From Candidatus Nanobsidianus stetteri (GTDB lineage Archaea; Nanobdellota; Nanobdellia; Nanobdellales; Nanobdellaceae): a stretch of DNA of 32,000 nt. Where the stretch lies: NCBI GenBank assembly GCA_000387965.1, contig APJZ01000004.1, positions 6,136 to 38,135 on the forward strand, in the 5' to 3' direction. Of this stretch, positions 16,534 to 25,595 are shown one piece after another. The position numbers and the translations under genes were made by a program. The notes beneath the pieces are model-generated. The model saw only the letters and a list, made by a program, of their open reading frames with translations. It searched no databases and had not been told where the DNA came from. Positions within the stretch are counted from its first letter, which is position 1. Every line of letters starts with the position of its first letter.

Positions 16534-17923
16534 AATAGAATATAAAGTATTATCTATATTAAACGATAATTGGAAAAATTTAGATGAGATTTCAAATGAA
16601 TTAAATATTGATAAATATAAAGTGTTAAGGACTTTAGGCTTTTTAAGGGAAAAAGAATTAATAGAATTAAGAGAAGAAAAAATAAAAAGATATGAATTAT
16701 CAGAAATTGGAAAAAAATATTTAAAGGAAGGATTACCTGAAAGAAGATTATTAAATTTATTAAAAGAAAAGAAAGAATTAAATTTGGAAGAATTAAATGA
16801 ATATTTTAATAAAGATGAATTATCCTTCTCTTTAGGATTTTTAAGAAAAAATGGGGCAATAAAAATTGAAAATGGAAAAGTAATATATATTAGAGATATA
16901 GAAACATATGAAAGATATTTAGAAAATATTGATGAAAATACAATAAAATTATTTAAAGGAAGAAAAGGAATTATTGAAGAAAAAGAAGAAACAATTTATT
17001 ATGCAAAAATAAATGATAAAGGAAAAGAAATATTAAAAAATTATAAACCAGAAGAATATATTGAAAAATATACAAAGGAAGTTATTGATAAAAAGATATA
17101 TAAAAATAAAAAATTTAGACCATATGATATAAGGATAAATATTGAGGAAGAAAATATTGGAAGATATAATCCATATTTAGAATTTTTAGATAAAATAAGA
17201 GAAGAATTAATATCAATGGGATTTAAAGAAATGGATAAATATAGTATGATAGTATCACATTTTTGGGATTTAGATTCTTTATTTATACCACAAGACCATC
17301 CTGCAGGAGATATTTCAATAATGGATGCATTTTATATTAAAAATATACAATATATAGAAGATTTTCCAAAAGATTTATTTGAAAATGTTAAAAATACTCA
17401 ATTAAAATATTTTAAGATATTTGATGAAAATATTTCAAAAAGAACTATGTTAATATCTCATGATACTGCTATATCTGCAAAAACATTATTAAATGCAGAA
17501 AAACCTGGTAAATATTTCTTAATAGAAAAAGTATTTAGATATGATACAATTGATGCTAAACATTTTATTGAATTTAATCAACTTGAAGGAATTGTTTTAG
17601 ATGATAATTTAACATTTTTAGATTTATTGGGAATATTAAAAGAATTGGTATTAAATGTTGTAAAAGCAAAAAATGTAAAATTTTATCCGGCATATTTTCC
17701 ATTTACAGAACCTTCAGTTGAAGTATATGCCGAACATCCAAAATTGGGATGGATTGAAGTTGGAGGTGCAGGTGTATTTAGAGAAGAACTATTAAGACAA
17801 TTTAGTATAGATTATCCAGTATTGGCTTGGGGTCTTGGTGTTGATAGACTTGCAACAATATATTTGAATATTAATGATATAAGGGAATTGCATACTAGAA
17901 ATATTAAAAAATTGCAAGAATAA
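16523..17923 (+). CDS. pheS: phenylalanyl-tRNA synthetase alpha subunit (archaeal/eukaryotic type)
   Basis: Class II motifs FRYDTIDAKHFIEFNQLEG, YFPFTEPSVEV, GGAGVFREELL and AWGLGVDRLA, plus N-terminal winged-helix repeats. It overlaps pheT by 11 nt. Confidence 0.95.
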   Translation: MISEIEYKVLSILNDNWKNLDEISNELNIDKYKVLRTLGFLREKELIELREEKIKRYELSEIGKKYLKEGLPERRLLNLLKEKKELNLEELNEYFNKDELSFSLGFLRKNGAIKIENGKVIYIRDIETYERYLENIDENTIKLFKGRKGIIEEKEETIYYAKINDKGKEILKNYKPEEYIEKYTKEVIDKKIYKNKKFRPYDIRINIEEENIGRYNPYLEFLDKIREELISMGFKEMDKYSMIVSHFWDLDSLFIPQDHPAGDISIMDAFYIKNIQYIEDFPKDLFENVKNTQLKYFKIFDENISKRTMLISHDTAISAKTLLNAEKPGKYFLIEKVFRYDTIDAKHFIEFNQLEGIVLDDNLTFLDLLGILKELVLNVVKAKNVKFYPAYFPFTEPSVEVYAEHPKLGWIEVGGAGVFREELLRQFSIDYPVLAWGLGVDRLATIYLNINDIRELHTRNIKKLQE

Positions 17924-17933
17924 ATATCTTTTT

Positions 17934-18680
17934 ATGGATAATAATCCTAATGATATAATATTAAATTTTTCAAAAGATTTAATTGAAAAAGTTGATGGAT
18001 TGGTAAAATCAATTGTTTTATTTGGATCATATGCAGAAAATAGAGAAAATGAAAAGTCGGATATTGACTTATTAATAATAGTAGATGATATATATGCAAA
18101 TGATCTAAATATAACAGTTCCATTTTATTTTGATAATTTAAACAAATTATTGGCAGATGAAAAATATAAAAAAATCCATGTAACAACATTGACATTATCG
18201 AAATTTTGGGAAATGATAATAAACGGAGATCCATTGGTTTTAGATATATTAAGAAAGGGTGAAGCAATAATAGATCCTGCAGGAATTTTTGGTTCTCTTA
18301 AAAAAATGCTAGAAAATGGTTTGATAAAAACATCACCAGAATATTTAGAAATAATGAAAAAAAGAGCTGAAGAAGGAATAAATTATGCTAATTTAATGTT
18401 AATAAAGGCATTTGAAAGTTTATATAATTCAGTTGTAACAATCTCTCAATATTATTTAATTAAAAATAATATAAATATATATGGTCCAGAAGATATATTA
18501 AATAAATTTGAAGAATTAAAAAGAAAAAGAAAAATTTCTTCAGAAGTTTATAATTATTATAAAGAAATTTTTGAATATATGAAGAAAATAGAACATAGAG
18601 AAATTAAGAATATTGATTTGGATTTATTAAAAGAATTTTTAGAAGAATTTGAAAAATATAAAGAAAAATTAAATATTTAA
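17934..18680 (+). CDS. nucleotidyltransferase-domain protein with a helical HEPN/KNTase_C-like C-terminal domain
   Basis: Minimal NTase signature LFGSYAENRENEKSDIDLLIIVDD (GS ... DxD). The C-terminal ~120 aa are helical, with no obvious Rx4-6H motif. Gaps to pheS (10 nt) and bud32 (1 nt) imply co-transcription. Confidence 0.75.
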   Translation: MDNNPNDIILNFSKDLIEKVDGLVKSIVLFGSYAENRENEKSDIDLLIIVDDIYANDLNITVPFYFDNLNKLLADEKYKKIHVTTLTLSKFWEMIINGDPLVLDILRKGEAIIDPAGIFGSLKKMLENGLIKTSPEYLEIMKKRAEEGINYANLMLIKAFESLYNSVVTISQYYLIKNNINIYGPEDILNKFEELKRKRKISSEVYNYYKEIFEYMKKIEHREIKNIDLDLLKEFLEEFEKYKEKLNI

Positions 18681-18681
18681 A

Positions 18682-19398
18682 ATGGAATATAAATTAATTG
18701 GACATGGTGCAGAAGCAAAAATATATTTAATTGAAAGTGATAAAAAAGAGAATAATAAATATATATTTGAATTTAATAAGGATTTTTTAAATAAATTAGA
18801 AATTGATTCTGAAGAATTTAAAATTGAAAATGATAAAAATAAAATAGTATTAAAATATAGATATAAGAAAAAATATAGAAATGAATTAATTGATAAAGAA
18901 TTTAGAAAATATAGAACTAGAGTTGAAGCAAAAATATTAGAAAAATTATATAATTATATTAATGTTCCTAAATTATTATATAAAAATGAAGAAAATGGAA
19001 TTATTGTAATGGAATATATTGAAGGATATAATTTAGCGAAATATTTGGAAAAATTAAATTATGAAGAAATATTATATGAAATAGGAAAATATATAGGATT
19101 AATTCATAAAAATAAAATTGTTCATGGAGATTTAACTACTGGAAATATGATATATAATAATGGAAAAATATATTTTATTGATTTTGGATTAAGCTTCTTT
19201 TCCAATAGAATTGAAGATTATGCTGTAGATTTACATTTATTTAAAGAATTATTTGAATCAAATCACTGGAGAATTTCTGATAAATTTTCTTTAATATTAG
19301 AAGGATATAAAGAGAGTTTTCTAGAAAAATATGAAGAAGTTTTTCATAGATTAAAAGTTGTAGAATCTAGGGGTAGATATAAATCAATATTATTTTAA
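18682..19398 (+). CDS. bud32: Bud32/PRPK atypical kinase (KEOPS subunit)
   Basis: GHGAEAKIY P-loop, RTRVEAKIL, catalytic VHGDLTTGNMIY, FIDFGLS, EDYAVDLHLF, and C-terminal RGRY. It carries a ~45-aa Lys/Asn-rich insertion after the first strand. Confidence 0.85.
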   Translation: MEYKLIGHGAEAKIYLIESDKKENNKYIFEFNKDFLNKLEIDSEEFKIENDKNKIVLKYRYKKKYRNELIDKEFRKYRTRVEAKILEKLYNYINVPKLLYKNEENGIIVMEYIEGYNLAKYLEKLNYEEILYEIGKYIGLIHKNKIVHGDLTTGNMIYNNGKIYFIDFGLSFFSNRIEDYAVDLHLFKELFESNHWRISDKFSLILEGYKESFLEKYEEVFHRLKVVESRGRYKSILF

Positions 19399-19459
19399 TT
19401 CATTGATTAGCAATATTATTTAAAAATAGCTTAAATATATCAAAATTTCTTAATACTCT

Positions 19460-19642
19460 ATGGCAACATACATATGCCCAAGATGTCATTCAACAAATAT
19501 AGTACCATTATTTGCAAAAGATAATAGTTGGGTATGTTTAGATTGTGGATATCAGGGTCCTGCACAGTTGATAAATAAAGATTTAGAATATTTTTGGAAC
19601 GAGTATCAGAAACTCGAAAATATAAATAAGGTTAAGGGATAA
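19460..19642 (+). CDS. small zinc-ribbon protein
   Basis: CPRC...17 aa...CLDC four-Cys ribbon in a 60-aa ORF, 9 nt upstream of the next gene. Function unknown. Confidence 0.5.
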   Translation: MATYICPRCHSTNIVPLFAKDNSWVCLDCGYQGPAQLINKDLEYFWNEYQKLENINKVKG

Positions 19643-19651
19643 ATATTTTTT

Positions 19652-20374
19652 ATGTATGATTTCTGTTTACCAGATGATAATGAAGAAGAATTAGCAAGTG
19701 AATATTATAAAAATAGGATAAAAAATGTTGTTTTTTGTTATGAAGTCTTTGATAAAAATGATCTAAGATATTTTAAATTAAATAATATCTTGTATCATAA
19801 AAAATTAAACATATTTTATTGTGCCTTAATAAATAATGAAAATTTTAAAAAATCTTTAGAAATTGCAAATGAATTATTCTATTCTGATAAATATTATAAC
19901 GATTTATTATTTATTATTGGAAGAGATTTAAATTATAATGATAAGATTTTGAGTAAATATTTTTTAAATGGATTATTTGATCCAATTAAATATGATAAAA
20001 AATATTATTTTGGAGGAATAAATTATGTAAATATTAAAAGAATAAAAGAAAATAATTTGTCTATTCTTTTTTCAATGAAGAAATTAATTAATGATATTGA
20101 AAAATTTTATACAACTAAAAAATTTTTGGAATTTGCACAAAAGAAATATTTAAATATTCTTATAGGATCTTTTGCTGAAAATAAAGATGAGGTTCCAAAT
20201 AGATATCAAATATATTCTTTTTATAAAGTCTTAGGAATTTATTATAGTTTAAATTATTTAAATAAAATATTTGAGGAACAAATAATTAGGATAAGATTGG
20301 CAAAGAGAAAAGATTATTTTACAAAAGGATTTTATATAATTTCTTATCCATATCAGGATTGTAGAGAATATTAA
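19652..20374 (+). CDS. rnp3: probable RNase P protein component 3 (Rpp30/Rnp3, PHP-like TIM barrel)
   Basis: Length and pattern resemble archaeal Rpp30 as I remember it. MYDFCLP at the N-terminus is like the ..D.hv start. GGINYVNIKRIKENNLSILFSMKKLI ... KKFLEFAQKKYLNILIGSFAENKDEVPNRYQIYSF parallels SGIDHVLA...VAIELNF..LL ... ISTDAEN...I..PYDL. This is a memory-based alignment only. Confidence 0.5.
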   Translation: MYDFCLPDDNEEELASEYYKNRIKNVVFCYEVFDKNDLRYFKLNNILYHKKLNIFYCALINNENFKKSLEIANELFYSDKYYNDLLFIIGRDLNYNDKILSKYFLNGLFDPIKYDKKYYFGGINYVNIKRIKENNLSILFSMKKLINDIEKFYTTKKFLEFAQKKYLNILIGSFAENKDEVPNRYQIYSFYKVLGIYYSLNYLNKIFEEQIIRIRLAKRKDYFTKGFYIISYPYQDCREY

Positions 20375-22401
20375 GGTGGCCAGGGATTTTCAGATCCTGT
20401 AGAAATTGAAGGCATTACACCATTTGGAGGATATGCTCTAGCAACAACCCATTGTATGTATTGATATGAAGCAACACCACCAGTTCCTGCACCAATTTCT
20501 AATGTTGGATATTGATAAGGATTATAATTTAAATTAGAGTATGGATAGTTTCCATAATTTGAATTATATGATAAAGGATACATATCTAATAATGTTAATG
20601 GAACCCATACTTGATTAGAATTATAAATATAATATCCTGTTTGTGCATAAGATGAATTAACAATTAAATATGAATAAACAGTTCCTCCAGATGTTGAGAA
20701 AGATGTTTGATTTAATGTAATATTCGTTATCACAGATTTTAGATATGTAATACCACTTCCATATTCAAATTGTACAAATGTAGATAAATTGGATGTCGGT
20801 GTATATGTACTCACCGTAGATCCGATACTATACGCATAAATTTGCTGACTTGTATTTCCAAATAATGCTATTACATTTGCATGTCCAATACCATTATAAT
20901 ACCATGCCTCTTCAACAATTAATGGTATTTCTGGAATATTCCAATTATTTGGGGGTAAAATATATGTACCTTCACTAGTACCACCATTTAACATTTCAAT
21001 ACCATAAGAAGTCGCTGTAGGAGAAAAAGATCCTGAATAAATATATCTATTCCATCCATCAAATGTATTATTAAAATATCCATACGCTATAAATGTATAA
21101 TTACCATTATCATATCCTGAAATTACCTGAGGAGAAGCACCAACATATGGATAATATTGAGAATAATAGTTTGTATTATAATTTCCAATTGCCATATAAA
21201 TTACAATATTACTATTAGCAGGAATTCCATTTGGTATATTTACCCACCATACATCACAATATGTACTTCCATTAATTAATTGACCTTCATACCATGAATA
21301 AGATAATTGTCCATTATTTGAATTAAAGAACATTACATTTTGTCCATTTGGATTTATTTGATTAAATAATGTTGGATTATTTACATAAGCAAAATTTGAA
21401 CCAATATTAATGCTTCCATTACATATTGCTATATCTTGCTGGAAAGGCTCTGGAGTTGGAATAGGTTGATTATTATATAGTGTTATTGGAACATAATATT
21501 GTATTGATAAATTATTAATTGGCGTACATATTTCATTGCCCAAAGATTCTAAACAAAAATATAAATCATCATTATTATATTGATAATATCCAACAATTTG
21601 CTGACCTGAATAAATTAAACTACTATTAGAAGATGTATTAAAATTATTTCCAAATGATGGTATATTATAATTATCATAATATATATTATTCAAATTAATT
21701 GGACATATATCATTATTAATTATATTTACTGATATAATACTATTATTCAATTGAGCATTTGATATATTTAAAAAGCTCACAGAAATTCCATTCAAAATTT
21801 TCTGAACACTTAAAGATTTTATTTCTCCAGCAATACATTTATAATTATTTAAATATTGAAAAATCACATTTCCTTCCAAATTATATAAATTATTTAAATA
21901 ATTATCATTTATAGCAAATATATTTTGTGGATAAAATATAACATAATATGGTAAATTACCAGTTCCTTCAAATTGATTATTAAAATATGGGTTATATACT
22001 TCATACCCATTAAATATACAGTATCCAGTATTAGAAGATATTATAGAATAATTATTTATTATTTCAAATGCTACAAAATTATTTGCTGCATATGAAGGTA
22101 AGAAATTATAAACATCATCTACTACAATTACATGTGTTGAATTGAAATAATTTGGTACCTGTATAATATTATAAGAACAATTATAATAGACGGTAAATGG
22201 AATTAATGTAGATCCATACAAATTTAATATATTTTCAAATATATTGTTTCCGTATAATAATTTATATATTTCTCCATATTGGGGAAAAGTGTTTGAATAA
22301 AATTGAAATTCTTTATCTAATAAATCTAAGTTAGAAACAAAATAAAATAAAATTAATAATAATACAACGACTGAATATAAATATAATTGACTACGAGCCA
22401 T
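20371..22401 (-). CDS. large Asn/Tyr/Ser-rich surface protein: N-terminal anchor, DUF2341-like domain and concanavalin-A/LamG-like C-terminal domain
   Basis: N-terminus MARSQLYLYSVVVLLLILFYFVSNL. YVPITLYNNQPIPTPEPFQQDIAI...NVMFFNSNNGQLSYSWYEG...VWWVNIPNGIPANSNIVIYMAIGN fits the DUF2341 pattern. The C-terminal ...YIQWVVARAYPPNGVMPS ending is one I associate with Sulfolobales-type surface proteins. Very many N-x-S/T sequons. Confidence 0.8.
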   Translation of the reverse strand: MARSQLYLYSVVVLLLILFYFVSNLDLLDKEFQFYSNTFPQYGEIYKLLYGNNIFENILNLYGSTLIPFTVYYNCSYNIIQVPNYFNSTHVIVVDDVYNFLPSYAANNFVAFEIINNYSIISSNTGYCIFNGYEVYNPYFNNQFEGTGNLPYYVIFYPQNIFAINDNYLNNLYNLEGNVIFQYLNNYKCIAGEIKSLSVQKILNGISVSFLNISNAQLNNSIISVNIINNDICPINLNNIYYDNYNIPSFGNNFNTSSNSSLIYSGQQIVGYYQYNNDDLYFCLESLGNEICTPINNLSIQYYVPITLYNNQPIPTPEPFQQDIAICNGSINIGSNFAYVNNPTLFNQINPNGQNVMFFNSNNGQLSYSWYEGQLINGSTYCDVWWVNIPNGIPANSNIVIYMAIGNYNTNYYSQYYPYVGASPQVISGYDNGNYTFIAYGYFNNTFDGWNRYIYSGSFSPTATSYGIEMLNGGTSEGTYILPPNNWNIPEIPLIVEEAWYYNGIGHANVIALFGNTSQQIYAYSIGSTVSTYTPTSNLSTFVQFEYGSGITYLKSVITNITLNQTSFSTSGGTVYSYLIVNSSYAQTGYYIYNSNQVWVPLTLLDMYPLSYNSNYGNYPYSNLNYNPYQYPTLEIGAGTGGVASYQYIQWVVARAYPPNGVMPSISTGSENPWPP

Positions 22402-24208
22402 ATATAGAAAATCTAGAATATCCTAGGCCATAGGGATAAACTATACTACTACTATATTTATACCCGTTTGGTACCGGATTTACACTAAAATAATTCCAAT
22501 AATTATATAATATTATTGGTATTAATTGATCTGAATAATAAACATTTACAGGATAGCATTGGCTAATATTGATATTTGAAGATAATATATTATCCTGATA
22601 ATCCGGAGGAATTGAATAATCTATTATCAATTGAGAATATGGTTCTACAAAATTTATAGATTGTGGATTATTATATGCCTGCATATTATAATTTGGAATA
22701 TTCTCATATAATATTCCTGTATTTTGATTATAGTTTTTACCATAATAAATTATTACTGGGTTATAATAATTAAAATCTTCTGAATAATATATATTTTCTA
22801 ATTGATTTATTGTTAATGGTTGATTATAAAATGCAATTACATATATATTTCCTAAAAATGTACATTGAGGAGAATACATTGTTGTAGGAGTTCCTAAATA
22901 TATTGTTTCATTTGGTGGATAATATAAATTTAAAGGTTGCAAAGATGGCCAACCAGGGTAAGGTACTAATTGACCATAATATATTCCACTTTGATTTATA
23001 AATCCTCCATAAAATTGTCCGTTACTACTATTATATTCCCAGAAAACAAATACCCATTGATTCATTGGTAAAGTATAATTTGGTAAGTATCCTATAGTAA
23101 CACTTTCATCTATCCCTAAATAATATTGACCATTATTTGGTAAAATTATTTGTCTAAATGTAGAACCTGCATAATCATTTAATCCAGATAAATGAACTAT
23201 TGCACTTACATAATTTTCTCCAGAAGCACATGAAGAAGAATAATAACTATTTATATAAATCCAAGCAACAACTGTTATTGATGTATCTCCAGATAATACA
23301 GAAGGATAATACGAAGAATTTGTTAAATTAAAATATTGATTATTATTTGTAAAAGATATAACATTAGATTGATCTAAGCATTGAGGAGAAATATATAATG
23401 TTTCCCAACTAAATGGGAATATAACATATGGTACTAATTGAGCAGGTAAATTATTCACCAATTGATAATTGTTTGTTAAATTTAAATAATTAAAATTATT
23501 ATTTTCAGCTCTAAATAATATAATTATTGGTTGCGTATAACCGTTAGGTAAATTTAATGATATATTTACCATAGGAATATATCCGTTAGATGTACTAACA
23601 TATGATACATTTAAATATTGGATTTGTATTGGGTATAAATCAATATTATATGCATAAAATGAATATGGATCTACAGTATAATTAATAAAATTTGTTACAT
23701 TTGTTAAATTTAAATATATAGACAAATTACTAGAAGAATAACTAGATATTATTATCCCATACCAATCATCACTTGATGCAATATTTCCACATAAATTTCC
23801 TTGAGAATTATATATTAAGAAAAAGTTGTTAACTTGTCCATTTATATTTAATGAATATAATAAATTGTTTCCTAGATATGGAAATGGAAATAAAAATTCA
23901 TAACATGTTGAATTATAAGTATTATAAAAGTTTAAACTATAATCTACAGTTTGTTTTAAATCATAATAATTAAAATAACCTGATAACATACTATTATATA
24001 TTGAAGCTAGTACATCAAATTGATTTGTCTCTAAAAAACTTAGAAATTTATCATTATAAGTATTTGCTAGGGCGGTATACAATGTATATTTTTTATTAAA
24101 TATATTTATGTAATATGAAGGATTTTGAGGAAATTGTAAATTTGTTAAGAATATTAATATTAAAGATACAACTAATATTATTTCTACTAAATAATTAAAT
24201 GATCTCAT
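22391..24208 (-). CDS. large Asn/Tyr/Ser-rich surface protein with an N-terminal anchor and a LamG (Laminin_G_3)-like lectin domain
   Basis: The N-terminus MRSFNYLVEIILVVSLILIFLTNL is homologous to that of the downstream gene. LamG-like landmarks: ITVVAWIYINS, NQWVFVFWEYNSSNGQFYGGFIN, ETIYLGTP, FLGNIYVIAFYNQPLTINQLENIY. It overlaps the next gene by 11 nt, forming an operon. Confidence 0.8.
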   Translation of the reverse strand: MRSFNYLVEIILVVSLILIFLTNLQFPQNPSYYINIFNKKYTLYTALANTYNDKFLSFLETNQFDVLASIYNSMLSGYFNYYDLKQTVDYSLNFYNTYNSTCYEFLFPFPYLGNNLLYSLNINGQVNNFFLIYNSQGNLCGNIASSDDWYGIIISSYSSSNLSIYLNLTNVTNFINYTVDPYSFYAYNIDLYPIQIQYLNVSYVSTSNGYIPMVNISLNLPNGYTQPIIILFRAENNNFNYLNLTNNYQLVNNLPAQLVPYVIFPFSWETLYISPQCLDQSNVISFTNNNQYFNLTNSSYYPSVLSGDTSITVVAWIYINSYYSSSCASGENYVSAIVHLSGLNDYAGSTFRQIILPNNGQYYLGIDESVTIGYLPNYTLPMNQWVFVFWEYNSSNGQFYGGFINQSGIYYGQLVPYPGWPSLQPLNLYYPPNETIYLGTPTTMYSPQCTFLGNIYVIAFYNQPLTINQLENIYYSEDFNYYNPVIIYYGKNYNQNTGILYENIPNYNMQAYNNPQSINFVEPYSQLIIDYSIPPDYQDNILSSNINISQCYPVNVYYSDQLIPIILYNYWNYFSVNPVPNGYKYSSSIVYPYGLGYSRFSIYGS

Positions 24209-24231
24209 ATACCTATTATGAAAAAAATAAG

Positions 24232-24239
24232 TTTATATA
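24232..24239. promoter_or_regulatory. single TATA box (TTTATATA) shared by divergent genes 22391-24208 (-) and 24262-25140 (+)
   Basis: The 53-nt spacer contains one TATA-like box centred ~27 nt from both start codons. A-rich BRE-like tracts flank it on each strand (AAAAAAATAAG-TTTATATA-CCTTTTT). Confidence 0.5.
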
Positions 24240-24261
24240 CCTTTTTAAGAATATGTAAAAA

Positions 24262-25140
24262 ATGAGCATATTAATGAAAATCTTGTCTTTTATAGAAAAA
24301 AATTATAAGAAGTTTCTAATAATTTCCATATCAATATTTGTAATATTTGTTGGAATAATATTATTTAATTACTTTAAGTACGGATATATAATTAATAAAT
24401 CTATTACAATTTCCGGAGGTTATGTGACATTAATTAATAATAATTATCATATAACAAATACAGAAATACAAAATGTGTTGAATCAAATGAATATAACGGA
24501 TTATGTATTATATAATACACCAAATATTATTTATATTGAATCGGAAAAGCAAATTAATGAAACATTATTAATTAATTTATTAAATCAAGATTATAATATC
24601 AAACTATTGCCTACGGATATATCAATACAACAATATAGTTCTTTGGTAGGAAATCTTATATTTAATCAATTTTTATTCTTTGTAATTTTAGCAATGATAC
24701 TTACAGCATTTATAATATTCATAGCATTTAGAGCTTCTAAGATTACTTTAAATATAATATCTACAATATTATTTGATGTTATTGGATTATTAGCAATATT
24801 ATCTATAACAAAATATCCTATAGGAGCAAATGGATTTATTGGAATGTTAATGATTTTAGGATTTGCAATTGATAATAATGTAGTATTATCAACAAACATA
24901 GTAAAGGAAAAGGATAAACCATTTATTGAAAGAGTAAGAATGTCTTTTAGAGTTGGAATGCTAATGGAAATTATTGCATTATATACATTACTTTTATTAT
25001 ATTTTATAGTTCCAGAACCATCAGTTGATGAATTTGCATTTGTATTATCTGTTGCAATAATATTAGATTTATTATATTATCTTATTGGAAATATACCATT
25101 ATATAAATATTTTGAAGTTAAAAAAGAACAAGAAAGTTAG
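24262..25140 (+). CDS. secF: SecD/SecF-family protein-export membrane protein, most likely SecF
   Basis: One N-terminal TM helix, a ~100-aa external domain, then five or six TM helices. The conserved segment is MLMILGFAIDNNVVLSTNIVKEK (compare G.s.D..Iv..dRi.E). The ~290-aa size fits SecF. No SecD gene is adjacent. Confidence 0.55.
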   Translation: MSILMKILSFIEKNYKKFLIISISIFVIFVGIILFNYFKYGYIINKSITISGGYVTLINNNYHITNTEIQNVLNQMNITDYVLYNTPNIIYIESEKQINETLLINLLNQDYNIKLLPTDISIQQYSSLVGNLIFNQFLFFVILAMILTAFIIFIAFRASKITLNIISTILFDVIGLLAILSITKYPIGANGFIGMLMILGFAIDNNVVLSTNIVKEKDKPFIERVRMSFRVGMLMEIIALYTLLLLYFIVPEPSVDEFAFVLSVAIILDLLYYLIGNIPLYKYFEVKKEQES

Positions 25141-25595
25141 ACATCAACAACTATTTCTGCACTCCAATAGGTTTTCATTATTTTTGTAATATTTATATCA
25201 TGTAAAGTAACTGCTTTAACTTCTTTTTTAAATCCATGTTTTTCTTTATCATATTTTTCCCCATAAACCTCAAATCTACATACCCATTTATATTTCTTGC
25301 TTTCAACTCTAACTTTTTTTAAATTTTTTACTCTTATATCTCTTACAGCAAACTTATCCTTATAAAAAACCTCTTCTAAACATATTCTAGCAACATTATA
25401 TATAATTTCTAATATATTTTTTCCTTCAATTACAAATTGTTTTGATTCTTTTTTCTCAACTTTTTCATTATCATATATAATATTAAACATTCCCAATATT
25501 AATGCCTCAATTGCTCTCTTTGGTGTATTTCCATAACCAACAATCTTTATATCTGCTGTATGGTCTTCATATTCATATTCCCTCAAAACAGTCAT
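25137..25595 (-). CDS. archease (RtcB ligase activator family)
   Basis: YEYEDHTADIKIVGYGNT...AIEALILGMFNII at the N-terminus and VKAVTLHDINI...WSAEIVVDV at the C-terminus are the archease signatures. Confidence 0.9.
   Translation of the reverse strand: MTVLREYEYEDHTADIKIVGYGNTPKRAIEALILGMFNIIYDNEKVEKKESKQFVIEGKNILEIIYNVARICLEEVFYKDKFAVRDIRVKNLKKVRVESKKYKWVCRFEVYGEKYDKEKHGFKKEVKAVTLHDINITKIMKTYWSAEIVVDV

Noticed and set aside
13839-18267. Track ORFs 13839-14297 (+), 15327-15830 (-) and 17947-18267 (-).
   Set aside because: They are antisense to serS, pheT and the nucleotidyltransferase gene respectively. They are Ser/Phe/Ile/Leu-rich mirror-image artefacts of Lys/Glu/Asn-rich coding strands, with no independent promoter spacing.
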